Virus record (IMG/VR): IMGVR_UViG_3300035507_000051
Coordinates: 34,311 to 98,310 of that record
DNA: 64,000 nucleotides
Source of the DNA: a virus
Lineage: Duplodnaviria; Caudoviricetes
Reading direction: 5' to 3' (one strand)
The notes under the pieces were generated by a model, which searched no databases, had not been told where the DNA came from, and saw only the letters and a list, made by a program, of their open reading frames with translations. The position numbers and the translations under genes are program-made. Numbering within the stretch: position 1 is the first letter of the stretch; each line of letters starts with the position of its first letter. Positions 26,600-35,941 of this stretch are shown here, in pieces.

Positions 26600-26647
26600 A
26601 AAAAAAAATATACCAACAAGAAGATAATATTTCTCCTTGTTGGTATT
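26600..26647 (-). terminator. Terminator ending the early/replication arm
   Basis: ATACCAACAAG...CTTGTTGGTAT inverted repeat followed on the minus strand by a T9 tract. Confidence 0.75.
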
Positions 26648-26656
26648 AATTATATT

Positions 26657-27091
26657 TTAACCATTATGACATAATATTTTTACTATACCTAAATGATTAA
26701 GACTTTTATCTACATATTTAGAACTATCTAACATTCCTTTAAGAAAATAGCAAAAATCCTGACAATACTCATAATCTTTGATGTCTTCTCTATGGCCTTC
26801 TATTTGACTTATTAAATCTACAATAGATTCACTATCTCTTAGTGAAGCTTTTGCTATTTCTAGACTACTAATATATTTAGTAACTCTAGTAATTTCATCA
26901 TTAAGATAACCAATAATATTAGATAGATCTGCTTGAGTCAATTCATAATAATCTTTCTCAGTTTGGTAGAGAGGTATTCCTGAAATTTCCTCGTTAAAGG
27001 TAGAGTATATTTCAGTGCTTCTAGAAAAGGCATTTAAATATACTTTATCACCTTTATTAGTCTCTGCATAAAAATGTATATAGCTACTCAT
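26657..27091 (-). CDS. Hypothetical protein
   Basis: 144-aa ORF packed in the minus-strand operon. Confidence 0.7.
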   Translation of the reverse strand: MSSYIHFYAETNKGDKVYLNAFSRSTEIYSTFNEEISGIPLYQTEKDYYELTQADLSNIIGYLNDEITRVTKYISSLEIAKASLRDSESIVDLISQIEGHREDIKDYEYCQDFCYFLKGMLDSSKYVDKSLNHLGIVKILCHNG

Positions 27092-27092
27092 A

Positions 27093-27467
27093 TCAATTAT
27101 GCCCTGCTTCTAATACAGGTAAGCCAGTTTCAGTAGGAATATAAATTATCTTATCAGCTTGATTAAGATTCTGCTGTCTTACCCACAAATACTGAATATA
27201 AGTTGGAGTTATAGCTCCATTCTCAATACTAATAGCTTCTGCTGCACCTTTAGCTCTTTCTACTTCTGCTTGTGCATTAAGTTTTTCAGCTTCAAGATTA
27301 GCTTTAGCTTCTTCAATTTTAATTTTCCTATTCTGTTCAGCCTTAGCAAATTCAGCTTTACCTGCCATCTCTTGTGACCAGACATTATAAATAGGAACAC
27401 CAATACAGCCAATCGCAATAGCTGCCAATACACATACAATAGTAATAATAATGTCTTTTGTTTTCAT
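27093..27467 (-). CDS. Membrane-anchored SPFH/stomatin-like small protein
   Basis: N-terminal TM helix, AEAE-type coiled coil, C-terminal YIQYLW..IIYIPTE.GLP. Confidence 0.6.
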   Translation of the reverse strand: MKTKDIIITIVCVLAAIAIGCIGVPIYNVWSQEMAGKAEFAKAEQNRKIKIEEAKANLEAEKLNAQAEVERAKGAAEAISIENGAITPTYIQYLWVRQQNLNQADKIIYIPTETGLPVLEAGHN

Positions 27468-28447
27468 ATTAATTTATTTTCTTTAAATTGTTCTTTTAAT
27501 TTATCAGCTAGCATCATTATATCAGGATGAGCATTTGGAGAACATCTTAAATTAAAGAAGGCTTTCCAATCACTCACAAATCCTGTATATACAACTTCAG
27601 TAGCTGTACATAAAGTAAGAGCCTCTCTAGCTTCTTCAGGTTTACAGCCTTCTGCTAGCATCTTCATATATTGAAATTCACTATAGCACCAAGTTTTAAT
27701 TAAAGATTCTTCAGCAGATGAAAAACCTTCAGTTTGCTTAATATCATATTTATTAACTAACTCCCAATCATAACTATTACCTTCTATCATATGATTACAC
27801 TTAGAAGGTATAGTACATTGAATTTCATTATTGAATTTATCCTTACTATAATTACAATACCTTGTACTCTGTTCACTAGGACTAAAATACTGAGAATCCT
27901 CTTCGGATGTTTTACAAAGGTCTCTATGTCTATTCCACTCTCTTGATACTGAAATAGGACATTTAACTCTTACAGTAACTCTTTTTTGATGATACTCTGT
28001 AGGATCACAAAGATATTGTAAATCCCCTAACCTGTTATTTTCTAATAGTACTCTGTAGTTTGTAGTTATATAATAACAAGTTTTACCCTGATTATTGGAT
28101 TTATAATTAGGAGCTAAGCCTACACCATAACCTGACTCTACCTTATATACTACTGAAAAAGGGTTTTTATTATAGAAGTCTGCTATAGTTTCATACTCCT
28201 CTAAGTTCTGTATAGGAGTAATAAGAAGTAAATATACAGTACCATGCTCTGCTACAGACTGATGTTTATAAACATTAACTATTTTATCTACAAAGTCTTT
28301 AGCTGTTAAAGAGTTACCATTTTCATCATATTTAATGAGACATTCAGACTTATAGCAAGTTCTTGCTGCAAGTTCTATTTGCTCATAAATACCTTGTATA
28401 CCTTCCTTTTGAGGTATGATTTCTACTGATGATTTAATTAACTTCAT
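27464..28447 (-). CDS. thyX: FAD-dependent thymidylate synthase
   Basis: AARTCYKS, HQSVAEH, SREWNRHR, SEQSTRYCNY and FFNLR..AHPDI motifs. Confidence 0.92.
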   Translation of the reverse strand: MKLIKSSVEIIPQKEGIQGIYEQIELAARTCYKSECLIKYDENGNSLTAKDFVDKIVNVYKHQSVAEHGTVYLLLITPIQNLEEYETIADFYNKNPFSVVYKVESGYGVGLAPNYKSNNQGKTCYYITTNYRVLLENNRLGDLQYLCDPTEYHQKRVTVRVKCPISVSREWNRHRDLCKTSEEDSQYFSPSEQSTRYCNYSKDKFNNEIQCTIPSKCNHMIEGNSYDWELVNKYDIKQTEGFSSAEESLIKTWCYSEFQYMKMLAEGCKPEEAREALTLCTATEVVYTGFVSDWKAFFNLRCSPNAHPDIMMLADKLKEQFKENKLI

Positions 28448-28622
28448 CTCTAATTTTCTTTAATAAAGTACGTATTTTAGAGTATAGTAGCATTAGCTCT
28501 TTATGTTCTTGCTTAGTATATTCCATCTTACGTTTGCTTGTTATATCTATATATTTAGATACTTTATTAGTAAGATAGATTAATTTCGCTCTATGAACAT
28601 TGTACTTAAGCTTACTTTTCAT
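28434..28622 (-). CDS. Hypothetical basic protein
   Basis: 62-aa ORF overlapping the thyX start. Confidence 0.55.
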   Translation of the reverse strand: MKSKLKYNVHRAKLIYLTNKVSKYIDITSKRKMEYTKQEHKELMLLYSKIRTLLKKIRDEVN

Positions 28623-28633
28623 AGTAGTAAAAA

Positions 28634-28813
28634 TTACAGCTTAAATATTTTATCAACCATTTCTTCATTACACCATAGTTGTAATACATTTATACTACTA
28701 TAAATACATAGACCTAATCCTGCCTTGAAATTATCTACGCATACCATGTAAGAACCTACAGCTATAACTGCTATATGGATTAGGGTTAAAATTATTATAA
28801 GTTTCCAGCTCAT
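28634..28813 (-). CDS. Small membrane protein (59 aa, not in ORF track)
   Basis: ATGA overlap with the thioredoxin stop; MSWKLIIILTLIHIAVIAVGSY.. with two hydrophobic segments. Confidence 0.5.
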   Translation of the reverse strand: MSWKLIIILTLIHIAVIAVGSYMVCVDNFKAGLGLCIYSSINVLQLWCNEEMVDKIFKL

Positions 28814-29052
28814 TTTGTTAATTCTTTTAGTCTATCTAATGGAGTAATGCCAGGCAATTTAGTAGCTACATTGTTATCATCTAATATAACTAGAGTAGGA
28901 ATAGATCTAATTTTATATTCATCAAGTAAATCAGCATTAGCATCATCATTAATATCTACATTTACTATATCTACTCCTTCTAGTTCTTCTAGAATTCTGC
29001 CTTGCTGTTTACAAGGACCGCAAGTCTGTGAATAAAATTTAAGTATTTTCAT
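28810..29052 (-). CDS. Thioredoxin/glutaredoxin-like protein
   Basis: FYSQTCGPCK active site and IRSIPTL cis-Pro motif. Confidence 0.9.
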   Translation of the reverse strand: MKILKFYSQTCGPCKQQGRILEELEGVDIVNVDINDDANADLLDEYKIRSIPTLVILDDNNVATKLPGITPLDRLKELTK

Positions 29053-29053
29053 C

Positions 29054-29242
29054 TTAAGTTAAATGGAATTGAATATTTATACTTGGAGTAACCATCCAAA
29101 TACAGTAATCTGAATCTAATTTACATTCTTTTTTAATGAAATCTTCTACATTGTCTAAAAGGTGTGGAATACTATAAATATGAACATCTCCTGTATTCAT
29201 ATCTCCTACTAATAGTGCATATTTATCTGTGCTAGTATTCAT
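29054..29242 (-). CDS. Hypothetical protein
   Basis: 62-aa ORF overlapping the upstream hicA-like stop. Confidence 0.55.
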   Translation of the reverse strand: MNTSTDKYALLVGDMNTGDVHIYSIPHLLDNVEDFIKKECKLDSDYCIWMVTPSINIQFHLT

Positions 29243-29421
29243 ATTTTTAAATTATTTTCTTTAATTAATCTTCTTGCAATTACACACTCAAGATGAAAAG
29301 GAATACTTATATGTTTTCCTTGTTCATTATAATAGATAGAATGGCTACTTTTTGTTCTAGCATACTTGTAGCCATTCTTTTCTACTATTTTAATGAACTC
29401 TCTATGAGTGTATTGTTTCAT
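29239..29421 (-). CDS. hicA: HicA-family mRNA interferase-like protein
   Basis: 60 aa with the HicA dsRBD-fold pattern REFIKIVEKNGY..R.KSSH.IY....HISIPFH; catalytic His retained. Confidence 0.7.
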   Translation of the reverse strand: MKQYTHREFIKIVEKNGYKYARTKSSHSIYYNEQGKHISIPFHLECVIARRLIKENNLKI

Positions 29422-29585
29422 TTATTTATAGCATCATTACCATAATGTGTTTTATTAGTAGTAATCCGTTTAGTAGTTCCACAATTAGGACAAACAATAT
29501 TAGTAATTCTATACCCACCTTCTTCTGTAGTAGTGGCTTGGTATTTAACTACTCTTCTACAGTAATCACAAAATCTTAATGTCAT
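29418..29585 (-). CDS. Small zinc-ribbon protein (55 aa, not in ORF track)
   Basis: MTLRFCDYC...VCPNCG with two CxxC pairs; ATGA overlaps on both sides. Confidence 0.6.
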   Translation of the reverse strand: MTLRFCDYCRRVVKYQATTTEEGGYRITNIVCPNCGTTKRITTNKTHYGNDAINK

Positions 29586-30010
29586 TTTTGAAGCATTTTA
29601 ATCTTATCTTTAATATAGAATATTGCTTTTCTAAGATCTTCAATCTGCTTATCAGTGTCAGATATTCCATCTTCAGTTTTATGTCCTGCTCTTAGAAGAT
29701 ACTTAATTGCATTTCCAGTATTAAAGTCAAGATGCCTAGTAATATCAAGAACTTCAATACCACATTTCTCTTTAAGCCAAGTGTAGTGACTAGGGTGGTT
29801 AACTCTATCAGGCTTAGCTACATAAGAGACTGCTTTGAATGAATATGGGGAAAGTACATCAGCAGAAAATGTAGTATTCTTAGTTAAATTAGTTAGAGTA
29901 TTATCTCCTGTTTTTTCAATAATGTCACCTTCAGAGGCTACACTATCTCCATTAAGAAAAGTTTCTCTAATACAAATAAACTTAGCAGTTTTCATTACTT
30001 TGTTGCACAT
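29582..30010 (-). CDS. DUF3310-domain protein
   Basis: VNHPSHY..IEVLDI..FNTGNAIKYL.RAG.K..EDLRKAIFY. Confidence 0.8.
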   Translation of the reverse strand: MCNKVMKTAKFICIRETFLNGDSVASEGDIIEKTGDNTLTNLTKNTTFSADVLSPYSFKAVSYVAKPDRVNHPSHYTWLKEKCGIEVLDITRHLDFNTGNAIKYLLRAGHKTEDGISDTDKQIEDLRKAIFYIKDKIKMLQK

Positions 30011-30159
30011 ATCAATTGCTTTAAATTATCTACAGATACTACATAAGTTTGATCACCATCAGTTATAATAGCTTCTGTAGGTTCAACCTTATTAGGATGC
30101 TTGATATATTCAAGCACCCTATATAAAGTTTCAGAGTTTTTATCAAAATAAAATTCCAT
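29995..30159 (-). CDS. Hypothetical protein
   Basis: Likely start ATG 30159 (MEFYFDK) just after the polA stop; the longer track ORF overlaps polA. Confidence 0.5.
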   Translation of the reverse strand: MEFYFDKNSETLYRVLEYIKHPNKVEPTEAIITDGDQTYVVSVDNLKQLICATK

Positions 30160-30163
30160 ATTA

Positions 30164-30770
30164 TTAATGTATCCAGTGAGATCCTTCAGAAGCTTCTGCA
30201 GGTATAGGTAAGCTCTTACAAAATATTCTTGTAGTTTCTTCCATAATATCTTCAAGTATTTTAGCAATGCCTAAATTCTTAGGATATTCTACACATATTT
30301 CATCATGTACAAAATTAACAATCTTTACTTTATCAAAGTATCCATTATTAATAATATAATCAAATAGTTTTTTACCTGCTACCTTTAGACAAATAGCTCC
30401 AGTTCCTTGTGTCACAGAATTTAATGCTTTTCTGTCCCACTTAGAACCTACTCTGGCATGATGAGCTACCTTCTTACAAACTTCATCATTAGTTCCTTTA
30501 TGATTTATTCTATAATCATTCCAAAATTCTTGAGTAAAACTCTTTTGTTCTTCAATCCATTTATCCCAATCCCACCAATAAGTTTTATGGCCTGTTATAG
30601 GATTAAGGACTATGTATCCGTGAGTTCTAACAAACTTAGAGCCTTTCTTCTTAAATTCTGCAATACCATTAAAACCATTTATATAAGCATTAGCAAAGTT
30701 TGTAGCTTCTTCAATGCTACATCCCATACTATTTCTAATAGCTTCAGCTGAACCTCCAAATTGTTGTGAG
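30164..30770 (-). CDS. polA: DNA polymerase family A, exon 2
   Basis: After splicing, motif B reads RSKAKPVEFSQQFGG; also NSVTQGTGA and motif C FVHDEI. Exons total 2103 nt = 700 aa plus stop. Confidence 0.9.
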
Positions 30771-31653
30771 CAATTATTTATTAAATTTATTTTTTAATCC
30801 AAGTATGATACTTTCTTTTTGTTCAACACTTAGAGTATTAATTAAATTATCAGAGAACTGTGTAAGTGGCTCTGTTCTAAACATTTGTTCTAAAATAAAT
30901 CTAGCAAATGCAGCTTCCTCTTGACTATTGTAACAAGGGGAATGATATTGTTTATTATATACTCTAAAATATGCAGACCATTTATTAATAGACTTATGAT
31001 ATTGAATACCTTTAATATCAAATCTATTATAACCTCTTTTATTACTTTGATTTAAAGAATTATCAGCAAATCTAAGATTGCTTTTTCTATTATCTGTAAT
31101 ATCTAAGTTTATATGATCTACTTGTTGTCCGTCTTTAGCATTAGTAATTAACCTATGTAGGTAATGTATTTTAGCTCCGTAAGAAGCATAGCCTTTAATA
31201 GTTCTCCATTTATACTTTGATACTACAGGATAATCATCTACATCTATTTTATAAGTTGCAGCAATATTACCATTAACATCATAAGTATCAAATTCAACTA
31301 CATCATTACCTATAAATCTAAATTCATTAGCATCAAATTTAGTTCTAGGATTGTTATCTAACACTTTTCCATACTTTTGTAACTGATGGTGGTGCTTTTT
31401 ACAGTATTTAGTAGAATGTTTTCCACTAATAATACGACCACATATAATACAATATTTTTCAGTCATCTTTATAAATTTATAAACTAAATAATTAAGGGCT
31501 GTTCCTTAACCATATAACAACCTACAATTGTTGTTACTTAGGCTCATATTAGCAGTCTCTAGGGAGGTAAATAATTACCACCACGGCGTTTAGCTATTCA
31601 CCGTAATTTATGATTTTACATATAAGTTTCCTTATAAGGAGTCCTCACTACTT
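30771..31653 (-). mobile_element. Group I intron in polA carrying an HNH homing endonuclease
   Basis: Exon ends GGAGTT and pairs with IGS GACTCC (U-G wobble at the splice site); GTGAG pairs with 3' exon CTCAC (P10); intron ends in G; R/S-like AGAGACTG and AAGGAACAGCCC; removal restores the frame inside motif B. Confidence 0.88.
30774..31466 (-). CDS. Intron-encoded HNH endonuclease with AP2-like C-terminus
   Basis: YLHRLI...VDHINLDITDNRKSNLR; N-terminal CxxC..YC.KH; C-terminal KW.A....EEAA. Confidence 0.9.
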   Translation of the reverse strand: MTEKYCIICGRIISGKHSTKYCKKHHHQLQKYGKVLDNNPRTKFDANEFRFIGNDVVEFDTYDVNGNIAATYKIDVDDYPVVSKYKWRTIKGYASYGAKIHYLHRLITNAKDGQQVDHINLDITDNRKSNLRFADNSLNQSNKRGYNRFDIKGIQYHKSINKWSAYFRVYNKQYHSPCYNSQEEAAFARFILEQMFRTEPLTQFSDNLINTLSVEQKESIILGLKNKFNK

Positions 31654-33149
31654 AACTCCACTGGTTTAGCTTTACTTCTTAACTCTGGGTATAACTTTTT
31701 AATGTCTTTTATAGGAACATCTTTAAGTTCAGGAAATATCATTTTTGCTACCAAAGAGTGCATATCTCCACTACCATGAAGAAATTCGTCAATCATAGCT
31801 TTTTCTTGGTATATGTCTGCTCCAAGTCTACTTTCTATAGCACTCCAGTCACAAGAACAAAAATAATTCCCTTCTTCACAAATAAAACTACTTCTAGTAA
31901 GCTTATCTGCAGGTAAAGTTTGAATATTAGGATAGCCACATTTCTTAGTAGAATCTTTAGTTTCTAAAGGAAAACCTTTAAGTTTAGCTAAATCAGGATT
32001 AATTCTAATATTATCATCATCTTCACCATACCCACAAGCTACTCTACCTGTGTCAGCTGCTATCTGCTTAAATGAAGTATGTATTCTACCTGTAATAGGA
32101 TTTATAGCATTAAGGTAGGTAATACCATAAGTAGATACAACTTTGTAAGCTTCAGAATATTCAATATAAAGTTTAAGGAATTCATCATTAACTCCTTTTT
32201 GTTTCTTTAAAGCCTTTAAATCTACTGAATCTTTAACTTGTTTAGTTTGTTTATCTACAGTTAAAGTATTAAATCCTAACGACTTAATAAACTCTAATAC
32301 AGGTTGCTTTTTAGTTTTTACTCCAGGTTTACCCCATGCAAAAGCACATTTAGGTGTTTCATCTCTACCTTCAAATAAGTCTCCTTGTAGGTCAATATAA
32401 ACAAACTTAGGATTATTAGTCTTTATAACAAAATCTTCAAGTTGCTTAATAACTTTATTAAGTCTATCTTCATCTTGTTGCATTTTAGCAGACCAAAGTT
32501 TTTCATCAAGCTTTATACCACACCAAGAACAGTAGGCTAGTACAGGTACAAAGTCACATTCAACTTTAGCTGCTTTAAGACAGTCCTTTTGTTTACACTC
32601 ATTTACTTGAGACCACATTATATCCTCAAGATACTTAACATCATTAGCAGCATAAATAATAACTGATGAATCAAGACCTCTCCATCTAATTTGACCTCTT
32701 ACAGTCTTATCAAGATAAACACCAAGTCTTCTTTCAGCTATTGCAGCTAATGACATTGCAGGGCCACCTAATGATGGGCCTGGATAACCTAAATAAAGCA
32801 CTTGCTCTACAATCATAGTATCATAGACATTTCTACATACTATCCCTTTAGAGTACAAAAATTGTAGGTCAAAATATAAATTCTGACCTACAATAAGTGT
32901 ATTTTCTAAAAATTCTTTATATATAGTTATGTCTATTGTAGAACAATCAACTACTATTTGAATATCTGCTTTTTTATTACCTAATTGTAAGCACAGTATA
33001 GGAGTTATTCTAGCATCTATGCCTTGAGTTTCAGTATCAAGTTGTACTATATCCCAGTTATTTATATATCTAAGAGATTCAGTTACTGAAATTATTTTAT
33101 ATAAATCGCTAGGAAATAGCTCTTGATTCTTTGTTACTACATATATCAT
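31654..33149 (-). CDS. polA: DNA polymerase family A, exon 1 (3'-5' exonuclease and polymerase motif A)
   Basis: QLDTETQG, GQNLYFD and YAANDV exonuclease motifs; TGRIH, PNIQTLP, CDWSAIESR, GDMHS. Confidence 0.92.
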
Positions 33150-33169
33150 AACTAGATTGTAGTTCCTAC

Positions 33170-33661
33170 TTATTTACCATAAGCTATTAGTTTATCAAAA
33201 TCTAACACATACTTATACTTCTGCATAAAAGAATTGCCAATAATACCATGTACAGTAATACCAGTTTCTTTCTTAATTGCTGTAAAAGTATCATCTAAAG
33301 AAGGGGTTACACACAGGTTAATTACATACTGAGTATCATTATAACCAAGTGCAGCAGATATTACATGAGTAATAGAACACTCACCTCCAATACCTGAAGT
33401 TTCTCCTTTAGCTTCAGAGATTGTGCCTTTAATATATTCAGCAGCTTTACCACAAATATGTGAATAATTACTGCCAGTATCTAACAAGAAATTAAATTTT
33501 CTATGTCCTTGATAAAAAGTTACAACAGGCAACTCTGCTAAATCCATAGCTTCCTTAAAGGACATTATTTTCTTTTTACTTTTAAATTTATTTTCAACAC
33601 AACTGGCAATAATAGCCAATATAATAACTAGTATTAAAACTACTATAATTTGTAAAATCAT
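33170..33661 (-). CDS. Membrane-anchored retropepsin-like aspartyl protease
   Basis: N-terminal TM helix; FLLDTGS and GIIGNSF motifs. Confidence 0.8.
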   Translation of the reverse strand: MILQIIVVLILVIILAIIASCVENKFKSKKKIMSFKEAMDLAELPVVTFYQGHRKFNFLLDTGSNYSHICGKAAEYIKGTISEAKGETSGIGGECSITHVISAALGYNDTQYVINLCVTPSLDDTFTAIKKETGITVHGIIGNSFMQKYKYVLDFDKLIAYGK

Positions 33662-33679
33662 TTTTATTCATTTTTCCTA

Positions 33680-34216
33680 TTATCTTGTGCCAGTACTACC
33701 AAAACCATTTCTATTGTCATTGCTCATAATAGATACTTCTTCAAGTTTAATACCTGAGCAGAGTAGCCACTTAAGTTTTTGCCAGAATGTAGCTTTTTGA
33801 GAAGGCTGAATTCTAAATTGACATATTCTATCATTAGATTGAATAAGTGCATCTCTAATAGCTATTACATTAAATTTCCATTCATCTTGCTCTCCACAAT
33901 AGCTATTATCAATTATGCCTGAACAAGCTTTAATTACACCAAACTTAGTAGTAAGACAACTCCTACCTGTAAGTACAGCTTCAAATCCATTAGGTAATTC
34001 CATAGCTACACCAAGAGGAATAAGTGCAGATTGGAATTTTACATCTCTATGTCTGCAAATATGACCATCTTTTATTTCCTTCTTTAATACATCAGCTTGA
34101 GGTGCCTTAAGCTGTACTGTAATTCTAGATCTAAGATCTACCCAATCTCCTTTGTCAATAACTTTAGGGAAATCTATTCTATCATCAAATCTTTTAATTC
34201 TAATCTTCAGTTTCAT
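33680..34216 (-). CDS. dut: dUTPase (trimeric)
   Basis: GDWVDL, GRS, GIIDNSYCG, DRICQ and RNGFGSTG motifs. Confidence 0.92.
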   Translation of the reverse strand: MKLKIRIKRFDDRIDFPKVIDKGDWVDLRSRITVQLKAPQADVLKKEIKDGHICRHRDVKFQSALIPLGVAMELPNGFEAVLTGRSCLTTKFGVIKACSGIIDNSYCGEQDEWKFNVIAIRDALIQSNDRICQFRIQPSQKATFWQKLKWLLCSGIKLEEVSIMSNDNRNGFGSTGTR

Positions 34217-34697
34217 ACTTATTCCAAAATTTATAAGTTAAATCTACAAGTTTATTAACTCCTGAACTAAGGTGTGCTATCATATAGAATCTTTGATTAG
34301 TAGTTTTACTAGTAAGTGGACCATATTCTGAGTCATACGCTCCTAGTTTAATATAATCAAATGCATCTAAATGATATTGAATGTAAGTAGGCAAAACTCC
34401 TCTACCAGAATACCAACATACTTTCAATTCAGGATATTCTTCTTTAATATAAGTAGCTAGTTGTTTTATATCTGCAGGGTCTGCATCCCCTCCCATGAAA
34501 GAAATACAGGAAATGCCACTATTAGCTTCTACTAAATTCTTTAATACTTCAATAGTTAAAGGAGTGCCAATGTTCTCAGCTAAGTGAGAACTATGGCAAC
34601 CTTTGCAGTGGCAGGGACAATTACTTATATTTATAGCTAAAGTTATTTCATCAGGTACCTCTGAAAAAGTTACCATAGTTTCCACATATTTAGACAT
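34200..34697 (-). CDS. nrdG: Anaerobic ribonucleotide reductase activase
   Basis: Radical-SAM CPCHCKGC, MGGD, DYIKLG and TTNQRFY motifs; adjacent to nrdD. Confidence 0.92.
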   Translation of the reverse strand: MSKYVETMVTFSEVPDEITLAINISNCPCHCKGCHSSHLAENIGTPLTIEVLKNLVEANSGISCISFMGGDADPADIKQLATYIKEEYPELKVCWYSGRGVLPTYIQYHLDAFDYIKLGAYDSEYGPLTSKTTNQRFYMIAHLSSGVNKLVDLTYKFWNKYETED

Positions 34698-34707
34698 ATA
34701 ATCTATT

Positions 34708-34995
34708 TTATTTTACTTTTGAATAAATTCTATGTTTCTGTTCTTCTTGTCTTTCGTTAGACCAGCTATTTACGCAAGTAAGGTATCCAATAATTCTAGT
34801 CCAATATTTAATTCTATCAGACTTACATTTAGGGCATTCCTTAATTGGAGCATTAACTACATGACCACATTTATCACATTCACTCATAGGAATATTAAAT
34901 GTAAAGTAGTTAGTACCATTTTCTCTAGCTACATCTAAAATCTTAAGATACTGCTCTTTACTTAAATGAGCATCTAAGTTGACATGTGCTGCTTG
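34708..34995 (-). CDS. nrdD: Anaerobic ribonucleotide reductase, exon 2 (not in ORF track)
   Basis: QAAHVNLDAHL...CDKC..CPKC..TRIIGYL (glycyl-radical loop); TAA at 34708. Confidence 0.9.
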   Translation of the reverse strand, partial: QAAHVNLDAHLSKEQYLKILDVARENGTNYFTFNIPMSECDKCGHVVNAPIKECPKCKSDRIKYWTRIIGYLTCVNSWSNERQEEQKHRIYSKVK

Positions 34996-35941
34996 CTTAT
35001 AATACCCGATTTTTAAATCTATTTATAAAATCAACTTCTATAACTTTCTTTTGTTCTTTTGACAGTTTATTCATAAAAGAAGTATCATAGTTAGTTTTAA
35101 ATGGTAATAATTGTAACATCAAATATCTATAGTACATAGCTTCTTCTTCTGTTTTATAGTACTTAGATATATATCTTTTACTGTTATATCCCAAAGTTGC
35201 TGCATATCCTTTAATTTCATTTTTTCCATTATAAGTATATACTTGCTTTTGTATACCTTTAGTAGATAATTTATTAAGATTTTGAATAGTCATATTTGCA
35301 GGCCTTAAATTATCCTCTCTGTTATCTAGAGTATTTCCATTTATATGGTCTACAGTTAATTGTCCAGGGCAAATTAACTGATGAACTTTAACTTTAGTTC
35401 CTCTATTAACAGTGCATACTGCATAATCTATATTGCCTCTTTTATGATTTCTAATATAAATCTTATATTTAAGTACTATAGGTATATTCTTTGTATCTAT
35501 AATAACTTCTTTTTGTAGCTTATTTCCATATTTATCATATACTGAAATATAAGTTACATCTCCTTCAGTTCTATATTCATTAGGATCATACAGACTTCTT
35601 GGATTATTATCTAGCACTTTTCCAAATCTTAGTACTTGATAGTAATGCTTGTCACAATACCCATTTTTATGAGTGTCTGTATGAAGTTTTCCACATATAG
35701 GACAAATTCTTTTTATTTTCTCTTTCATATTTGTTGATTTTGGGTTTTGACTATACCTTCATCCTTAAAATAAGGATGCTCATTGGTAGTCGATGGGGGC
35801 TTATATTTAAAATATCTATCCCTGCTGATTGTCCAATTCTTAAGATTCTTACACTTTGGTACTTAAGACTCTAAGGAGGTTCCAGCATATTCTGAGTTTA
35901 TTGTAACTATATTACTATAGTTAGGAGGCCAAGCAATGTAA
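34996..35941 (-). mobile_element. Group I intron in nrdD carrying an HNH homing endonuclease
   Basis: Exon GGAGGT pairs with IGS GCCTCC (U-G); TGCTTG pairs with 3' exon CAAGCA (P10); core elements ATGCTGGAA (P), AATCAGCAGG (Q), TCGACTA (R), AAGGTATAGTC (S); terminal G at 34996; in-frame join TDGG|QAAH. Confidence 0.92.
34997..35728 (-). CDS. Intron-encoded HNH endonuclease
   Basis: VHQLI...VDHINGNTLDNREDNLR; N-terminal CPICG..YCDKH. Confidence 0.9.
   Translation of the reverse strand: MKEKIKRICPICGKLHTDTHKNGYCDKHYYQVLRFGKVLDNNPRSLYDPNEYRTEGDVTYISVYDKYGNKLQKEVIIDTKNIPIVLKYKIYIRNHKRGNIDYAVCTVNRGTKVKVHQLICPGQLTVDHINGNTLDNREDNLRPANMTIQNLNKLSTKGIQKQVYTYNGKNEIKGYAATLGYNSKRYISKYYKTEEEAMYYRYLMLQLLPFKTNYDTSFMNKLSKEQKKVIEVDFINRFKNRVL

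Noticed and set aside
30771-35941. Inteins or genuinely split genes in polA and nrdD
   Set aside because: The inserts contain stop codons and separate ORFs, and show P1/P10 pairing, U-G splice sites and a terminal G typical of group I introns.
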